A DNA stretch of 63,423 nucleotides, counting the filler, from Lenisia limosa (Eukaryota; Protista; Breviatea): NCBI GenBank assembly GCA_001655205.1. It is 10 parts of 10 records of this genome, joined end to end, with 100 filler letters (N's around TTAATTAATTAA, not from the genome) between each part and the next. Parts side by side here need not be neighbours in the genome. Positions count along the whole stretch, not along the records: positions 11,814 to 20,777 come from LPNZ01002747.1; positions 20,878 to 34,973 come from LPNZ01006316.1; 8 more parts are not named here. The stretch is one strand, 5' to 3'. Shown piece after piece: positions 11,814 through 25,000 of this stretch. The notes under the pieces were generated by a model. That model was not told the DNA's origin. It ran no database searches and worked only from the letters and a program-made list of their open reading frames with translations. The position numbers and the translations under genes were made by a program. Every line of letters begins with the position of its first letter. The stretch's first letter is position 1.

Positions 11814-14367
11814 GTAGCATCACAGCCAGGCCAGAGGGAGCCCCGTGAAATCACCCTGGCAAACGGTGGGAGTTGGAGGGAATATGTTTATTTGTCTCTG
11901 CCAATGTCTTCATAAATATAATGTTATGGTAGTCTTCAGGATACCTCCCTCTCCCGTGTTTGGACGTTTTATATTTACCATTATTCTTGTTTGGTAATGG
12001 ATTTCTTTCTCATTCATTTTTATTTTCTTCTTTCATAACTCCTATTGTCACCCCCCCCCAGGCCGTAGAGCAATTCAAGAGGTTGCCTCGATTCTAAAGC
12101 TTGGAAACCATCATGTTGATGCTGCTCAGAGGTACTTGGCACTTTTGGAGGCCCGTCTTTTTATTTTTCAAATTAGAGCAGTTCTTTGACCATTTCATCA
12201 TCTATTATCTGAAATTGGCTTTGTTTATACCAGGCTTGGCCCCTTAATTGTAGCCACTTGAGATAATATTTTGGTGTTTTGTATCATTTACCCTCTACCA
12301 GGTTATACGTTTTGGCCGTCCAAAACAGTTTCACACAGGGTCGACGCACGAACCTTGTTGCTGCATCATGCCTGTACATCGTGTGCAGGAGGGAGAAAAC
12401 CCCGCACATGTTGCTTGATTTCTCAGACGTAGTCCAGGTGGAGGGGTATCAGTTTAAACATAAGAGAGGGGACATTTCATCATTCATTACAATCTAAGTT
12501 GTCCCAATTCCAGTTTCTCATGCCCTATTTCCAATGTTCACGCTCAAGGTGTCTACATACGTACTTGGTAACACGTTCCTTAAGCTAATCCGGACGCTGA
12601 ACCTGTCTCTCCCGATCACTGATCCTTCTTTGTACATCTTCCGATTCGCTTCAAAACTGAAGCTTGACGAGAAAACCCATCGCGTTGGAGGAAACCCTCC
12701 GTTATTTTCTGCCGATATTAGATAATAGTTTTTTTTGGTTGAATAAATTTCAATTTGTCACCCCTAGGTGGCCATGACGGCTCTGCGGCTTGTGGCTCGG
12801 ATGAAGCGAGATTGGATCCAGGCCGGACGACGACCTGCCGGAATCTGCGGGGCTGGTGGGTGGTAGTATTATGCTGGTACAAGGCTGAATTAAACTATTG
12901 ATGTCTCTTTGTGGTTACACCCATAATATGAAGCCAAATGATTTATCACCCCCATTCTCACCCCCAGGTTTGCTCCTTGCCTGCAGGGTTCACGGCTTCA
13001 ATCGAACGCACCATGAGATCCTGGAGGTGGTGCGAGTGTCCTATACTACTCTAAAAAAACGGTGGGACTGTCAAATTGTATTGATATTGATAGAGGCGAT
13101 TGTGCAATAAACATATCTGGCTTGACCGCAGAGATAACTCTCTTGTTGTATCTCTTATAGACAAGACTTCATAACTGAGATATAAAGATATTTCGTTCAA
13201 AATGTCCGGACCACGGGTATCAGACTGACCATCCAGAATGGCTGAATTCCACCATACAGTTGCCGGAAAGGAAGTCAAAAAGAAGCTCTCCAGCAACCGC
13301 AAGGAGGCCAAGAACAAAAACGCCAATCCCGACAAGATCGTAGATCCACTGGAGAACATGTCAGACTGTGAGGAGGACAACCCTCCTTGCTACAACCAAA
13401 ACCGCAAGAAGGAAGAGAAGGGCATTGTTTGTATGTGGGTCTGCATATTTCAATCGATTAGCCTCCTCGTTTCGAAATTTTGTTTCTTCACCCATATTTT
13501 TCTGACCAGTGTAGTCAAGCCGCGAGAGGAACTTATTTGTGAGTCGTGGGCATTAATTCTGTACTTTTGAAAATGACTGATATTGTTTTTTTAAAAAAAA
13601 AACAATCACCGTTAAATAGCATTATTTAATCGTGTTTTTCATGAAGTAAAGCCAACGAATGGATTTATCCGTTTTGTTTTTAGCATTTCTTCTTTGCCTT
13701 ATATCTGCCCCAGTGCCTGATGATCACGAGTTTTCTGACAGCGAATTTGGGGACATTTTCCTGACTGAGGAGGAGTCTCTCGAAAAAACTCAAGTTTGGA
13801 TGTCCGAGAATAAAGTNNNNNNNNNNNNNNNNNNNNNNNNNNNNNNNNNNNNNNNNNNNNNNNNNNNNNNNNNNNNNNNNNNNNNNNNNNNNNGATATAT
13901 TAGACCGCGCTCTAACATTTTGTTATTCTTCAATGATATTGTTGGATTTATTTCCTTGTGGTTGTTACCCAAATGACCGCTAAGGATTACCTTGAGGAAC
14001 AGCAGCGCAAGCAAGACTATGAAGCGAAACATGGCAAACCTAAACCGAAAAAGGTAATGCAGCAAAGCTTCTTTAAACCTATTTCCTTTGTAACTTGATC
14101 TGTGATTGCTTTTTTACTTTTGTTTCAAACTCATGCTATTCTAGCGTCCCCCCTCAGACGGCTCAACCGGGCAAAATGCCAAGAAAGTGCTAAAGGTGGA
14201 GGGGCTAACCTATTTCATCTGAGTTTTCGCTTGTTGTTTCATCTTTTTTTGGTCATGAAAGGAAGTCTGACGCCGTATAGGAGAAGAAGCCAACAACTAA
14301 AATCAATTTCGATGCTCTTGGTGAGCTCTTTGACGATGATAGTGCCTACGACTTCCTCAATACATAA
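11814..14367 (+). CDS. BRF1: TFIIIB subunit Brf1 (TFIIB-related factor), 5'-partial (Zn ribbon missing at the linker)
   Basis: Spliced exons read ...[46 protein letters not shown]|[10 protein letters not shown]...[12 protein letters not shown]...|[40 protein letters not shown]..., then [19 protein letters not shown]|DYLEEQQRK and [16 protein letters not shown]...NT* (last exon 14281-14367). Collinear with the Brf1 cyclin folds and C-terminal TBP-binding blocks. Confidence 0.95.
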
Positions 14368-14647
14368 GCTTGACGTTACCGTTTCTCCCATACTACTGGG
14401 TAAGCGTTTTGATCTTGATACCTATGCTCGCTTTCCCCAAGGTTTTTTGCACTAACCTGCTCAGGCCATACGCCCAGGCACCATTCTAGATGTTTGGTTA
14501 TTTCCTATCTGTTATTACCCCATAAATATATTACGTTCATTCGTATATTTCTAAGTTGCTACGAGGAATGAAACATACAACGATCGAATCAACTGAAATA
14601 CAGAGAAAATAAATACATTTTACTATACATGACCTGGACACCAACCC

Positions 14648-17600
14648 CTAACTTCTTTTCTTCCCCGCAGCACGTGACTAGAAAAATAAATTATGAATCT
14701 CATTCTTGGAAGACATCCAAAGTTTATAATTGCTGATGCCATCACCTTACCTGAGCCAAGGAGGTGTTTTGCCGACGGTTATGTGAGGCTACATAGCTAC
14801 CACCAGAAGAGGTACCACCGCTACCTGCTCCTTCTGAGGGGCCTACAGCGTCAATGGAATAGAAATGGGAAACAACGAAAGGTCGAGTTCAAAAATCACA
14901 TTTGGAATTAACCAGCACAAAAGAAACCACTTCCGTCTTGAAAAATCCACGCAATTATCCATTACTAGTTTTCCCCCTCCTACTCATAGCTTTAGCCATT
15001 ATCTTCTCTTGCTCCAGCTGCTCAACCTTTTTCTTCAGGTTGGAAATCTATGACCGTGAACAGTGGTTACAGGCAAATAAACTCTTCTTATATTTATGTT
15101 ATTTCTTTCCATACTGTCAGTGACCCAAGCCATTATTCATCCTCCGTACTTCTGCCGCCTGAGAGTTGCATTCCGTGTTCTTGGCGGCAAGTTGTGCGTT
15201 CAATTCGGTGATCGATGCGGCAACGTTTCGGTTCACCTTGGGGGGGGGGGGGNNNNNNNNNNNNNNNNNNNNNNNNNNNNNNNNNNNNNNNNNNNNNNNN
15301 NNNNNNNTCAATCGTGTCACAAAGTATGAGAAATAAAAAAAACAAGGTTGTACCTGGCCGAAACTGTCCACACCATCACACTTATCAGAGATATTTTGCA
15401 ATAGCATAATATCATCGTATCACATGGTGCGTATTCTGACAGCAAGCCAACCTCAGCCAGAGAGTCGTGGAGTTCTCTTTTGCCATCCTCTAGTGCCTGT
15501 TTAGTACGGCGGGCGTACTGTGGGGGTAAATCAAGGATNNNNNNNNNNNNNNNNNNNNNNNNNNNNNNNNNNNNNNNNNNNNNNNNNNNNNNNNNNNNNN
15601 NNNNNNNNNNNNNNNNNNNNNNNNNNNNNNACAAAAAAAAAACACCTCTGTTGGCTGACAACACATGTTGGTAACAACAAAACAAAGCCCAGGTCAGTCG
15701 CTTCTGCAGCACCGCATCCCATCACTGCAGCATACGAAATAAGCCCCCAAAAGCTCAACAAAAACGAAGGATATTTCGATTTTGACATTTACTTAATAAA
15801 ATAGACTTCATGAAAAAGAGTAACAATAAATCGATTAACTCTTGGGGGTTTGGTAAAAGTATGTATTTATGACATATCATATATGATATATTATCAATAG
15901 GATTCCAGCAAATACCATCAGCAGCACAATATTACAATAACACGATGCAGCTCTACAAACCTCGGCAGAAAGCCTCTTCTCAACCTCAGATTGTACCCTG
16001 TTTAGTGACACAAGGCAAATAGACAATACTGGGAGAGACAATTTGATTGGAACTTTCGAATTACAATAAAAAACACAGGAAATCATCAATACCAAAGGAA
16101 GACACCAAAGCATGAATTGAAGTCTAATATCGCAACACACCTGCAGTTGAAGTCATTCAGCTCCTTGGTGAACTGCTGTCTTTCAGTTTGGGCCACCTCC
16201 TTGGCCGACATCAGCTGCTCGTGCGTGACAGTGAGCTTGGTCGACTGAAGTCGATATCAGATCAGATTCAGTGCTGCCAAGAAGTTGTTCCAACATGAGA
16301 AGCACCAAACTATTCTGAGCCACTCTGCTGGGATGCAACAAGGATCCCCGTCTTTTTGCAAGAGATGTTACCCCCCCCCTCCTCGACCTTTTCAGCAACT
16401 TCCGATTCAAGAGTGGCCACACGCTGCTTCTCAACATTGAGGTCCATCCTGGGGTGGGAGGGGGGTCAAGAGTGACGAGGCAACAAAAGCTCAGTTATCA
16501 TACATCTCAAATGAACAACACTCTAAGTCAGTCGTGTCGATTCGTGGGTAGTTTCTTTAGCATACCTTGCCTGGCTGTAGTCCGACCTGCACTGATCCAG
16601 CTCCTGGCGAAGCTTCGATAATCTACAGCGTAAAACGAAGAAAACATTAAACTTCATCTTGCTAAAGCGATGACCAATTTTCAATATCTCCACCAAAACT
16701 ATCACAATTACTGGACTACACATTGAAGGTCAATATCATGGAGTACTACAAAATCAAGCCCCACGTAGAAGAAGAGTCAGCAGCCCGGGTACGGACACTC
16801 TCGAGTTCGCCCTCAGCTGCCTCTCGTTGGATGGTCACCTGGAGGGTTAGACGGGGTATATCAACATCATGATGATTTTTTTAGAATTCATTGTTTTGTG
16901 AAGTATAATAACATATATCAGATATCATATATTATGAAGTCTTCACTTCGGTTCAAAAAAGTCTGAATTTCTCGAAAACTATCAATATTTTACCGGTCTT
17001 TTTCGAACCGAAGTGTAGCTCTATACATGCATAGCTATATAATATAAATGATCGTAGTTTGGCTAGGGGTATTATTGCCGAAAGAGCCCACCTTTCTTGC
17101 CAGGTTCTCGGCATCGTCACGGGCCGCGCGCAACATTGTCAACTCCTTGTTAGTGTACTCCATTTCATTGTGCAGACGCTCCACACGGGCCTCCAGACTC
17201 TTTTTGTCTGCCTCAAGGTCTGAGTTCCTGGGGGCATGGGACACTGTTCATACGAGGAAAGGGGAAATGGAAGAGAACTAAATGGTATGTTTGACCAATA
17301 TCTTAAACCATCTCTTTTATATAATATATAAAATACAAAATACAAGAAATGAAAATTTCAGATAGCAAAACTAAAAAAGCCCATGCAGATTTAAGCCCAC
17401 AAAAGAATCCCTTAGTTTCCTTAACTGAATCACCAAACAGACTGTTGGACAATCACAACCTTTGCAAAGCAAACCACACTCCCCTCTCCGCTAAAACAAC
17501 CTAACCCTTGATCAATAAGATTACAACAACGCCAACCTCCTCTGAGCTGCCTTCAGCTCCCCGTCCAGCTCCTGAAAGATCAACAGAAAAGATGAGATTA

Positions 17601-17957
17601 ACACTAACCTGGTTCGAGGCCTTTGAGTCTGAGCTCTCTTCACTCTTCTCTTTTTTGTCCTTAGAGGACTTCTCCTTCTTATCTCTCTTAGACTTGGACT
17701 TTTCCTCTTTCTTGCCACCATCATCGCTTTCCTTGGTGTAGGTGGAGGGGAATGAACCGGTTTTTCCATTAACTTCGCCTGTCCACCTTTTTTAATTAGA
17801 AAAAGCTCTTAAAAGACGGGGAGGCGTCATGAATCCAAGCCTACCAGCCTCCTTCTTTGCCTTCCTGGACGTTTGTGATCACATCGCCCTTGGAGAAGCT
17901 GATCTGTGTCGCTTTCTTCGCAGAGAAGTTGTGAAGGGCAATTCGGTCCTTCCCCAT
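14648..17957 (-). CDS. N-terminal SH3 domain + K/E/S-rich linker + long coiled-coil protein (about 13 exons)
   Basis: MGKDRIALHNFSAKKATQISFSKGDVITNVQEGKEGGW|WTGEVNGKTGSFPSTYTKE is a canonical SH3. It is followed by phase-consistent heptad-rich exons (ELDGELKAAQRR|NSDLEADKKSLEARVERLHNEMEY...) and a final exon SRAAGKKRS* (TAG at 14650-14648). Confidence 0.85.
15645..15728 (+). repeat. Dispersed non-TIR repeat family M5 copy
   Basis: ctctgttggctgacaac...acaacaaaacaaagcccaggtcagtcgcttctgcagcaccgcatcccatcac; related copies at 35425, 41566, 42995, 51600, 51795, 59802, 60383. Confidence 0.75.
16937..17023. mobile_element. MITE family M1 copy
   Basis: CTTCACTTCGGTTCAAAAAAGTCTGAATTTCTCG...TTTTTCGAACCGAAGTG. 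Confidence 0.8.
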
Positions 17958-18463
17958 AATTATGCAGATAAACTTAAGACCTGTATTCAAAAACCTAGCT
18001 TCAAATGTGAAATATAATCGGGGATTTATTACCTATGAACACAAATCGTTTCCAAATGCAATCAAAAAATTCAAAAAAAGTTCTCTTTTATACTCGTTTT
18101 CCTGGAGTGACTATATAGTTTCTTTTTTTGCCCCCGCTTTGCTCCTTTCATCCTCCTTTTCATCACTATGGCAGTTACAGAGTTCCAAAGTGACCTTAGA
18201 GCACGGACCAAGGAAATTCGACGGAGTCAGACTCAGATCACAGACCCTCTTGCCCTCTATACCGTGAGTTTGCTGTTGAGAGAGATGAGTGAAGAGCAGA
18301 TAGGGATTATATTTAAACCACCAAAACTTGGATCCATCAGATGAGTAATAATTTACATTCAAATGAGTAGAGATTTTCACAAAGGTGGATAACCCGTTAT
18401 TTGAATTTTGAAAGTGGAGTAAAAGTCCTTGTGACATTATCAATCCGTTATATGACTCTCTAG
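17958..18463. promoter_or_regulatory. Probable bidirectional promoter / 5' region between the SH3 gene and the ZNF830-like gene
   Basis: Head-to-head genes separated by no more than ~500 bp; no specific motif identified. Confidence 0.35.
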
Positions 18464-20518
18464 GGGAAACAATTATCGTGCAAATGCTGTAAGGTCGACA
18501 TCAAAAGTGCCCTTAGATGGAATGCGCATATTTCTTCGAAATCCCACGTGGAGGTAAGCAACAATGCCATCAGAACTCTCTCCTGTCCAAACTCTTCTCA
18601 AACATGATTCAATTGATGTACTAGTATCATAAAAATAATAAGAATAATATAACTTCACCTACTCCTTGTCACCTCACATTTTCTGCTTCTTATTCGTACC
18701 TAATTTTGCATAAGTTAGTGCAATTTTTCACAGTAGTTGAATCATTCTAAACCCAATATTTGTCCAGTTTTTTTTTTTGAACTGAAGCTTCTTTATGAAG
18801 GGATATCAATTGTGTTGGAACAGAAGTTTTGCGTCTGTTTACTCTGATTCTTCCCTTCAAATTTATGCCCTTAGGCTGCCCGCACCTTCCAAAGTGCAGC
18901 CCCCGTGAAACCGAAGAAGGTTGCACGGCCGGTCAAAACCGCGACCATAACCTTTCATGATGACGAGGGTGTGTAAGGGGCACTTAGATGACGAGGGTGT
19001 GTAAGGGGCACTTAGATACTTCCAGCGGATCTTAAATGACCAAGGCTTCTTGTAATTATTTTGATGATCGAGCATTCTCTGGGAGGACATATCGTTATAA
19101 TCCTGAGTAGCTTATCAATAAGAGTATAAATACCCCTGACTGCTTAGGTACACTTCCACCCGAGTTTTTTGATGAAAAGAGGAAGCCGAAAGAAGAGGTT
19201 GAAAAGGCCCCTGTTTCCCTTCCGCCTGCCAAGATCTTTGGCCAAGGCGCCGCCGTGCTACCTAATAGGGCACTGAAGAGAAGTGGGGGAGGGGGGTAAA
19301 TACAAGAGGCGCAAAACATAGATATTTTTAATCATATAAAGGCCACACTTCTTTTCATTTCAGCCCTTTCTTGAAATTTCCATAATATGGTATAATATTG
19401 CATATGACATTTAAATCTCACCTCCAAAGGTTCTGAGGAGCAAGCAGAGACACCTTCAGCAAAATCTGGTTTGCCATTGTTTTTGCAGTTTAATATCATA
19501 CGACACCTCTTGCCCTTATTTCACTCTTGCTTTTGTTTGGTTGTTTCTTGCTTGTTTCTTCCTTCTACTTTACCTGTTGTCACAAACCCAGGATTGGACC
19601 TCCCCGAGGGTTTCTTTGATGACAAGAAGAAGGATCTGAAGTTGCGAGGCAAAGTGCTGGAGGAGAAGCGAAAAAACCAGTTGGCCTTCATTGTTCTGAC
19701 TCTAGACAAAACTATGATGATTTCCAGGCGATGGTCACAAAGCAAGAAGATAAGAACATTTCCATTCGGACCACATCGGCACAGGAGGTGGGAATTGATG
19801 GACTGCACATGATAGGCGGTGTAGTTCTCCAAATTTCGGAGAGGGAGAGATCAAATAATTATCAAAAACTAAGGGATTGGGAGAGGGGCTCCTCATCCCA
19901 CAAGTAAAAAGTCTCAGCCTCTTAGAATATTGAGGACATAAATATTTGCCCTGTGACCCTCTAGGAAGCCAAGAAGGTTGACCTTGACAATCACGATCAA
20001 ATCAAGTGGGGGGTAGATGCGTGCTTCATGTAACAGTACATTTTACATCAACCTCTTTTTTTTTCAATCGAATCCCACCAAATGTTCTTTGACTTGAAAA
20101 GTTAAAAAGACTCTTTTCTGAAAATGGGTTACTTTGTAGTAAGTCGCAAACATCCATCGCCACCATCAAAGAGAAGGAAGACAACATTTTGATGAGGAAA
20201 AAGCAAGAGTTGATGGAGAAAAAGAAGGCTATGCAGCTCAAACAACAAAAGGCAAAGGAGGAGGTGGAGGGGATGGGGGGCTTATACTTACTCTCCCTTG
20301 GTCTTGGATGTCTTGTTTCCCTATTACTATTATTCTACCAAAATCAACTGGCCTGACCTTGAAGTGATACCCACCCTTACTCCCTAGGCTATCAAACAAG
20401 GTTCAAACTCAACACAGCTGTCGTCACTAGCCGAAGCCACGCGATGGGCTGGAGACGAACTGGATGACGACGCTCATGATGATGATAGTGATGACGACTG
20501 GAGACGAAGGGCTCTGAG
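18464..20518 (+). CDS. ZNF830: ZNF830/CCDC16-like spliceosome-associated zinc-finger protein (first and last codons unresolved; read-through stop at 20621)
   Basis: GKQLSCKCCKVDIKSALRWNAHISSKSHVE (U1-type C2H2 finger), two LP.(G/E)FFD motifs (TLPPEFFDE, DLPEGFFDD), YDDFQAMV, a coiled coil and a terminal DDDWRRRAL, in the order seen in ZNF830. Confidence 0.8.
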
Positions 20519-20777
20519 GTGTGTTACGGGTGTAGGAGCAATCAACATTGATGCTATTCAGTTATCATGTACCGCAATATTACTGCCTGAAAAAAATGAT
20601 AGTACGTATTGCTGGAAATGAGTGGGCAGGTACTTCAATACAGCCAATGAAAACAGAGCGTTGGTCTTTGCCACACTGACACAGAAATAAACACTTATAG
20701 CAGTATAACTAGTGGACTAGTGAATCTCAAACAGTTGTATTTACTAACTACTTGCTGTGTGTTCAACCCTCCTCTGG

Positions 20778-20877
20778 NNNNNNNNNNNNNNNNNNNNNNN
20801 NNNNNNNNNNNNNNNNNNNNNTTAATTAATTAANNNNNNNNNNNNNNNNNNNNNNNNNNNNNNNNNNNNNNNNNNNN
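20778..20877. other. Artificial contig linker 3
   Basis: 44N-TTAATTAATTAA(20822-20833)-44N. Confidence 0.97.
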
Positions 20878-22049
20878 GAAAGGGTGGAAAAATATAAATG
20901 ATGGGGGTTATTCAACTATCCGCTCTTACTCGCAATCTGAAAAAAGTGAAATAAGTTATGGTTCCAAAATGCTTGCTGGAATAGGATAAATGACATATTT
21001 TGACTCCCCCACATTATTGTAGAATAGCCATATTTTGTGTTGCTCAGACAGAGTGAAGTCAATGGCGGTCTTTCGGCTGCACATAAGCCCATAACATTTC
21101 AGCACTTAGCTGTAATAAGCTCATTTTGTACTTTGCTATTTTTGGGTGTTTTGGAACTAAATACAAGCCTGACGCTATTTAAAAACCGTACAATGTAAGC
21201 TTTGTATTAAGAGATAAAGGGACCTCTGAGATGAAGAGAAAAAAGAAATTAGCTAAATCCACCTCCCAACAGGATTTAGCTAAGTACAAACAAGTAATTA
21301 GTGAAAATATTTTGCCAAGTACAAAATGTGCAAATATAGCCAAGTGCTGAAAAGTTACGGGCTCCAGATGGCAGAAAGAAATGTTCATCAACCCCAATTT
21401 CTTATACAAAATCAACACAAATAAAAAACCCTTTATTTCACTCTAAAACTCCATTCAGTATGCTCCATAAATACAAATAATAAGAAAGACTGCCTATGAC
21501 GCCAATGGTTCAAAGAAGACTCCAGTTTTTGGTATGATTTATGGACTTCTTACTCTTAATAAATAAAAACATGAATCACTGCAGTTAGAAGTTTCTGATA
21601 TTGCAGGCGGGGTCACGCAAAAGCCAAGGTTATTCTTTTATTGATTCTCGAAAGCCTGATCAACTCCAGTAAACCAAGTTTAGATCGTNNNNNNNNNNNN
21701 NNNNNNNNNNNNNNNNNNNNNNNNNNNNNNNNNNNNNNNNNNNNNNNNNNNNNNNNNNNNNNNNNNNNNNNNNNNNNNNNNNNNNNNNNNNNNNNNNNNN
21801 NNNNNNNNNNNNNNNNNNNNNNNNNNNNNNNNNNNNNNNNNNNTAGTTTAAAGCTCTTCTCCACATGCTTCCGTCATCTCTCTTGTAAAAAAATATGATT
21901 AAAGTTGTTTACACAGAGATTAAAGCCATTACAATCAACCTAATGCTCCAATTATGGTTGAAAAGCGGAAAAATTAAGTACGAGCCAAAAATATTGCCCA
22001 TTTCGGGGCTTTGACTCCCCAACGCCTTGGGTGTAATGAAGGTTGGGGT

Positions 22050-25000
22050 GCAAGGTAAGGTCAATTTCCATGATTAAGGTTCAATACGCTTCTTGTATTT
22101 TCAGGTTTTTTTTTAACATTTTAAAGCAGGTTGGTAAACCAGAAACTCGGCTCGGATTCCCAGCCAGTCTGTGTATCTCAATTTTCAAAATAAACTCATC
22201 AAAATCCTAATAACTAGTCTAAATGCAGATGCAGAAACCAAGGAGAAAAAGAAAATGGAAGTGTAGAGCAAGATTGTCATCTCTGCTAAAATACCATTTT
22301 ATAAATTTAAGCCTGAGAATTAAATGTGCCCAATATAAACATAAACTAAGGCTCAGCAGCAATTTGACCTCAACCTTAAGACAATATTGTTGACCTCAGG
22401 TACTCTTCAACCTCTGATAGCGGGATTCACGAAAATACTTTCCAGACGCATCTCTCCAAGACTCTACAAAACGAGCAAGCAAGGTATCAAGAGCGATTAC
22501 TGAGTACTTAGGGAAAGTAAAATCAGCCTTCCCCTTGCTTGCACGACCCTGTCCTCATCCTGAATAGCAGAGTTACTACGTGAAATGCACTGTTCATAAG
22601 CGCGTCTCACTCCAATAAGTCTAGTGTAAGAAGTTCTATTGCCGTAGCGAATAGTTCTGTTAGTAGTGCTGCCTCTTCTTCCCATCATGAAATAATTCGT
22701 AAGTTTGGTTGAAGAGGTATAATATACAAAAAAAAATCTAAATATCATCCCTTTATCCAAAGAGATAAATCTTCTAGATGAGCGTCATCTAAAGAATGGC
22801 AAAAATAGCTAAGCTGAAACATCATATTGAACATCTTGGCTCTGTTTCAGCCTCGTTCGTCCCTCAGAACCTCCTTTAAATAAACGCGGAAATCCTAGAA
22901 TGCAATATCCCCTTCTGAACATATAGAATTATCAGTTTTTAAGAAGTTTTGGGGTGATCAGTTTTTTTTCTGATCTGTCCAAGGTGTGCTTCCTCTTCAT
23001 GTCCCTTCTTTTTGACCCTTTTATATGGAAATCGTATAAGAAGACAGTTCAAGATGATTCATTCTTTTCTATTGATCTTCTTTTTGGTTGGTTGAAATCC
23101 CCTGCTCCCAGCCTTAACATTCAGAGAGTACCTTTTGAGGATGATTGACTTCAGCTTTTCAAGGATCTTCTCAAGTGTACTCTAAAAGTTGCCGGGTTCC
23201 TCCTTTAAATCTTCTTTATTGTTCTCTGTAGTGCTTTGCAATTAATCATGTGTAAATCAATTATCATATACCCTAGGGAAATTGGAAATGTCATAATTTT
23301 CGGGAAATGTGTAACATTTTTTCACAACGACCACATTTTAAAACAAATGTCATATTTTATGCTAATATCATGATCCTGTGGGACAAGGGGGACAGGGGGT
23401 AATAAGGAAGGAGGAAAGAAAGGAAACTTTGGTGACACGTCATCTGAATGTCAAAAATATGACGCATAACGCCCAATTTTTGGTAAATGTCATAAATATG
23501 ACTTTTTCATATAAATATGACGTTATTCATATTGGTACGTCACCTGACCGTGAACATCGGACCTTTTTTCGTTTGTTTCATCATAATTGCGATATATATA
23601 TGTATCTCAAAAATTGCCCATTTTTTCTTTAAAAATGGCTGTTAAATAAGAGAAGAAAATTTCTTGGGGTAATAACATACACAAAAAATCACTGAACTAA
23701 ACTGAACTTATTTCATTTATGTTGACTCGATCTTGATTTCTCTTTTGAAAAAACGTTGGGGTGGTGGAATTGGCTTACGCAAATGTTGTCCCAACCCCTG
23801 TTCAACAAAACTCGGTTCTCTTTTGTTTTGTTTTCATAAAGACGATGTCAAAATAATTTGAAAAAGTTTTTAGAATACTGGAAAGGTAATTGTCAGAGGT
23901 TTTCCTTCAAACCAGACACTGTTTTGAGCGAAACATTTTTTTTTTTTTTTTTTTANNNNNNNNNNNNNNNNNNNNNNNNNNNNNNNNNNNNNNNNNNNNN
24001 NNNNNNNNNAAAAGCTTTGTATTTAGTTGCACAAACCCCAGATCACTGGAGTTTCTGGATCTAGAAGGTACAGATGAGTATGTTTCGTTGAAATTTTGTA
24101 CCGATTTACAGCCAATCGAACTCCTTTGCTCTCAGCCTTAACATTCAAGAGTTTCGTTTGACTGGAGCTTTTAAAGGATCTTCTCAAGGGTATTCTATAA
24201 GTTGCTGGGTTCCTCCTTTACTCTTCTCTTCTTTATTTTCTCTGCAGTGCTAAGCGCTATAAACAAAATATAAGCAGTTAATCATGATTTCAGGAGTTCA
24301 GTTGCTCTCAGCTTCCTCCTCAACTGATCGATCACGCTGAAGACCTGTCCTTTGGGGAGCAGAACAACGCAAAATATGACTATTCTCTAAACAAATGGGG
24401 AACAATGAGCCAAAATATGGCATATATCCTATTCCCGCTGGTAAAAAATATGATTAATGTCATATTTTAAGCTTCCGCAGGTAAAAAATATGATAAATGT
24501 CAATTTTCTGGAAAAAGTTTCCTGGGAAAATACAGTGATTTTTGTACTTCAACAACTCTTCGTAACACTACATCTCTATTTATGATTTGCTTAATACTGG
24601 AATCATCAAGACTCTTTTTCTATTCCCGCGGGGTTCGTCAAAAGTCTCTAGTTAGTTGCTGTACAACAACGTCATGCCTAATACTGCTAGTTCGTCGCAG
24701 AGAAATCTGAAAAAGTATTTCAACCAACCAAAAAGAAGATCAATAAAAAAATAATGAATCATCTTGAACTGTCTTCTAAAACGATTTCCACTCTATAGGT
24801 CAAAAAGAAGGGGCATTAAGAGGAAGCACACCTTTGACAGATCAGGAAGAAACTGACCACCCTAAAAGTTCTTGAAAACTGATGTTTCTTTGATAAGAAA
24901 GCTTAATAAGCGTCTAAGAAGCAGTCCTCGACTGCAAGTTTCCAGCATTCAGCAGTAAGAGAAGAAATCCTTCGTTTTGACAAGAAAGAACCTGTGACAG

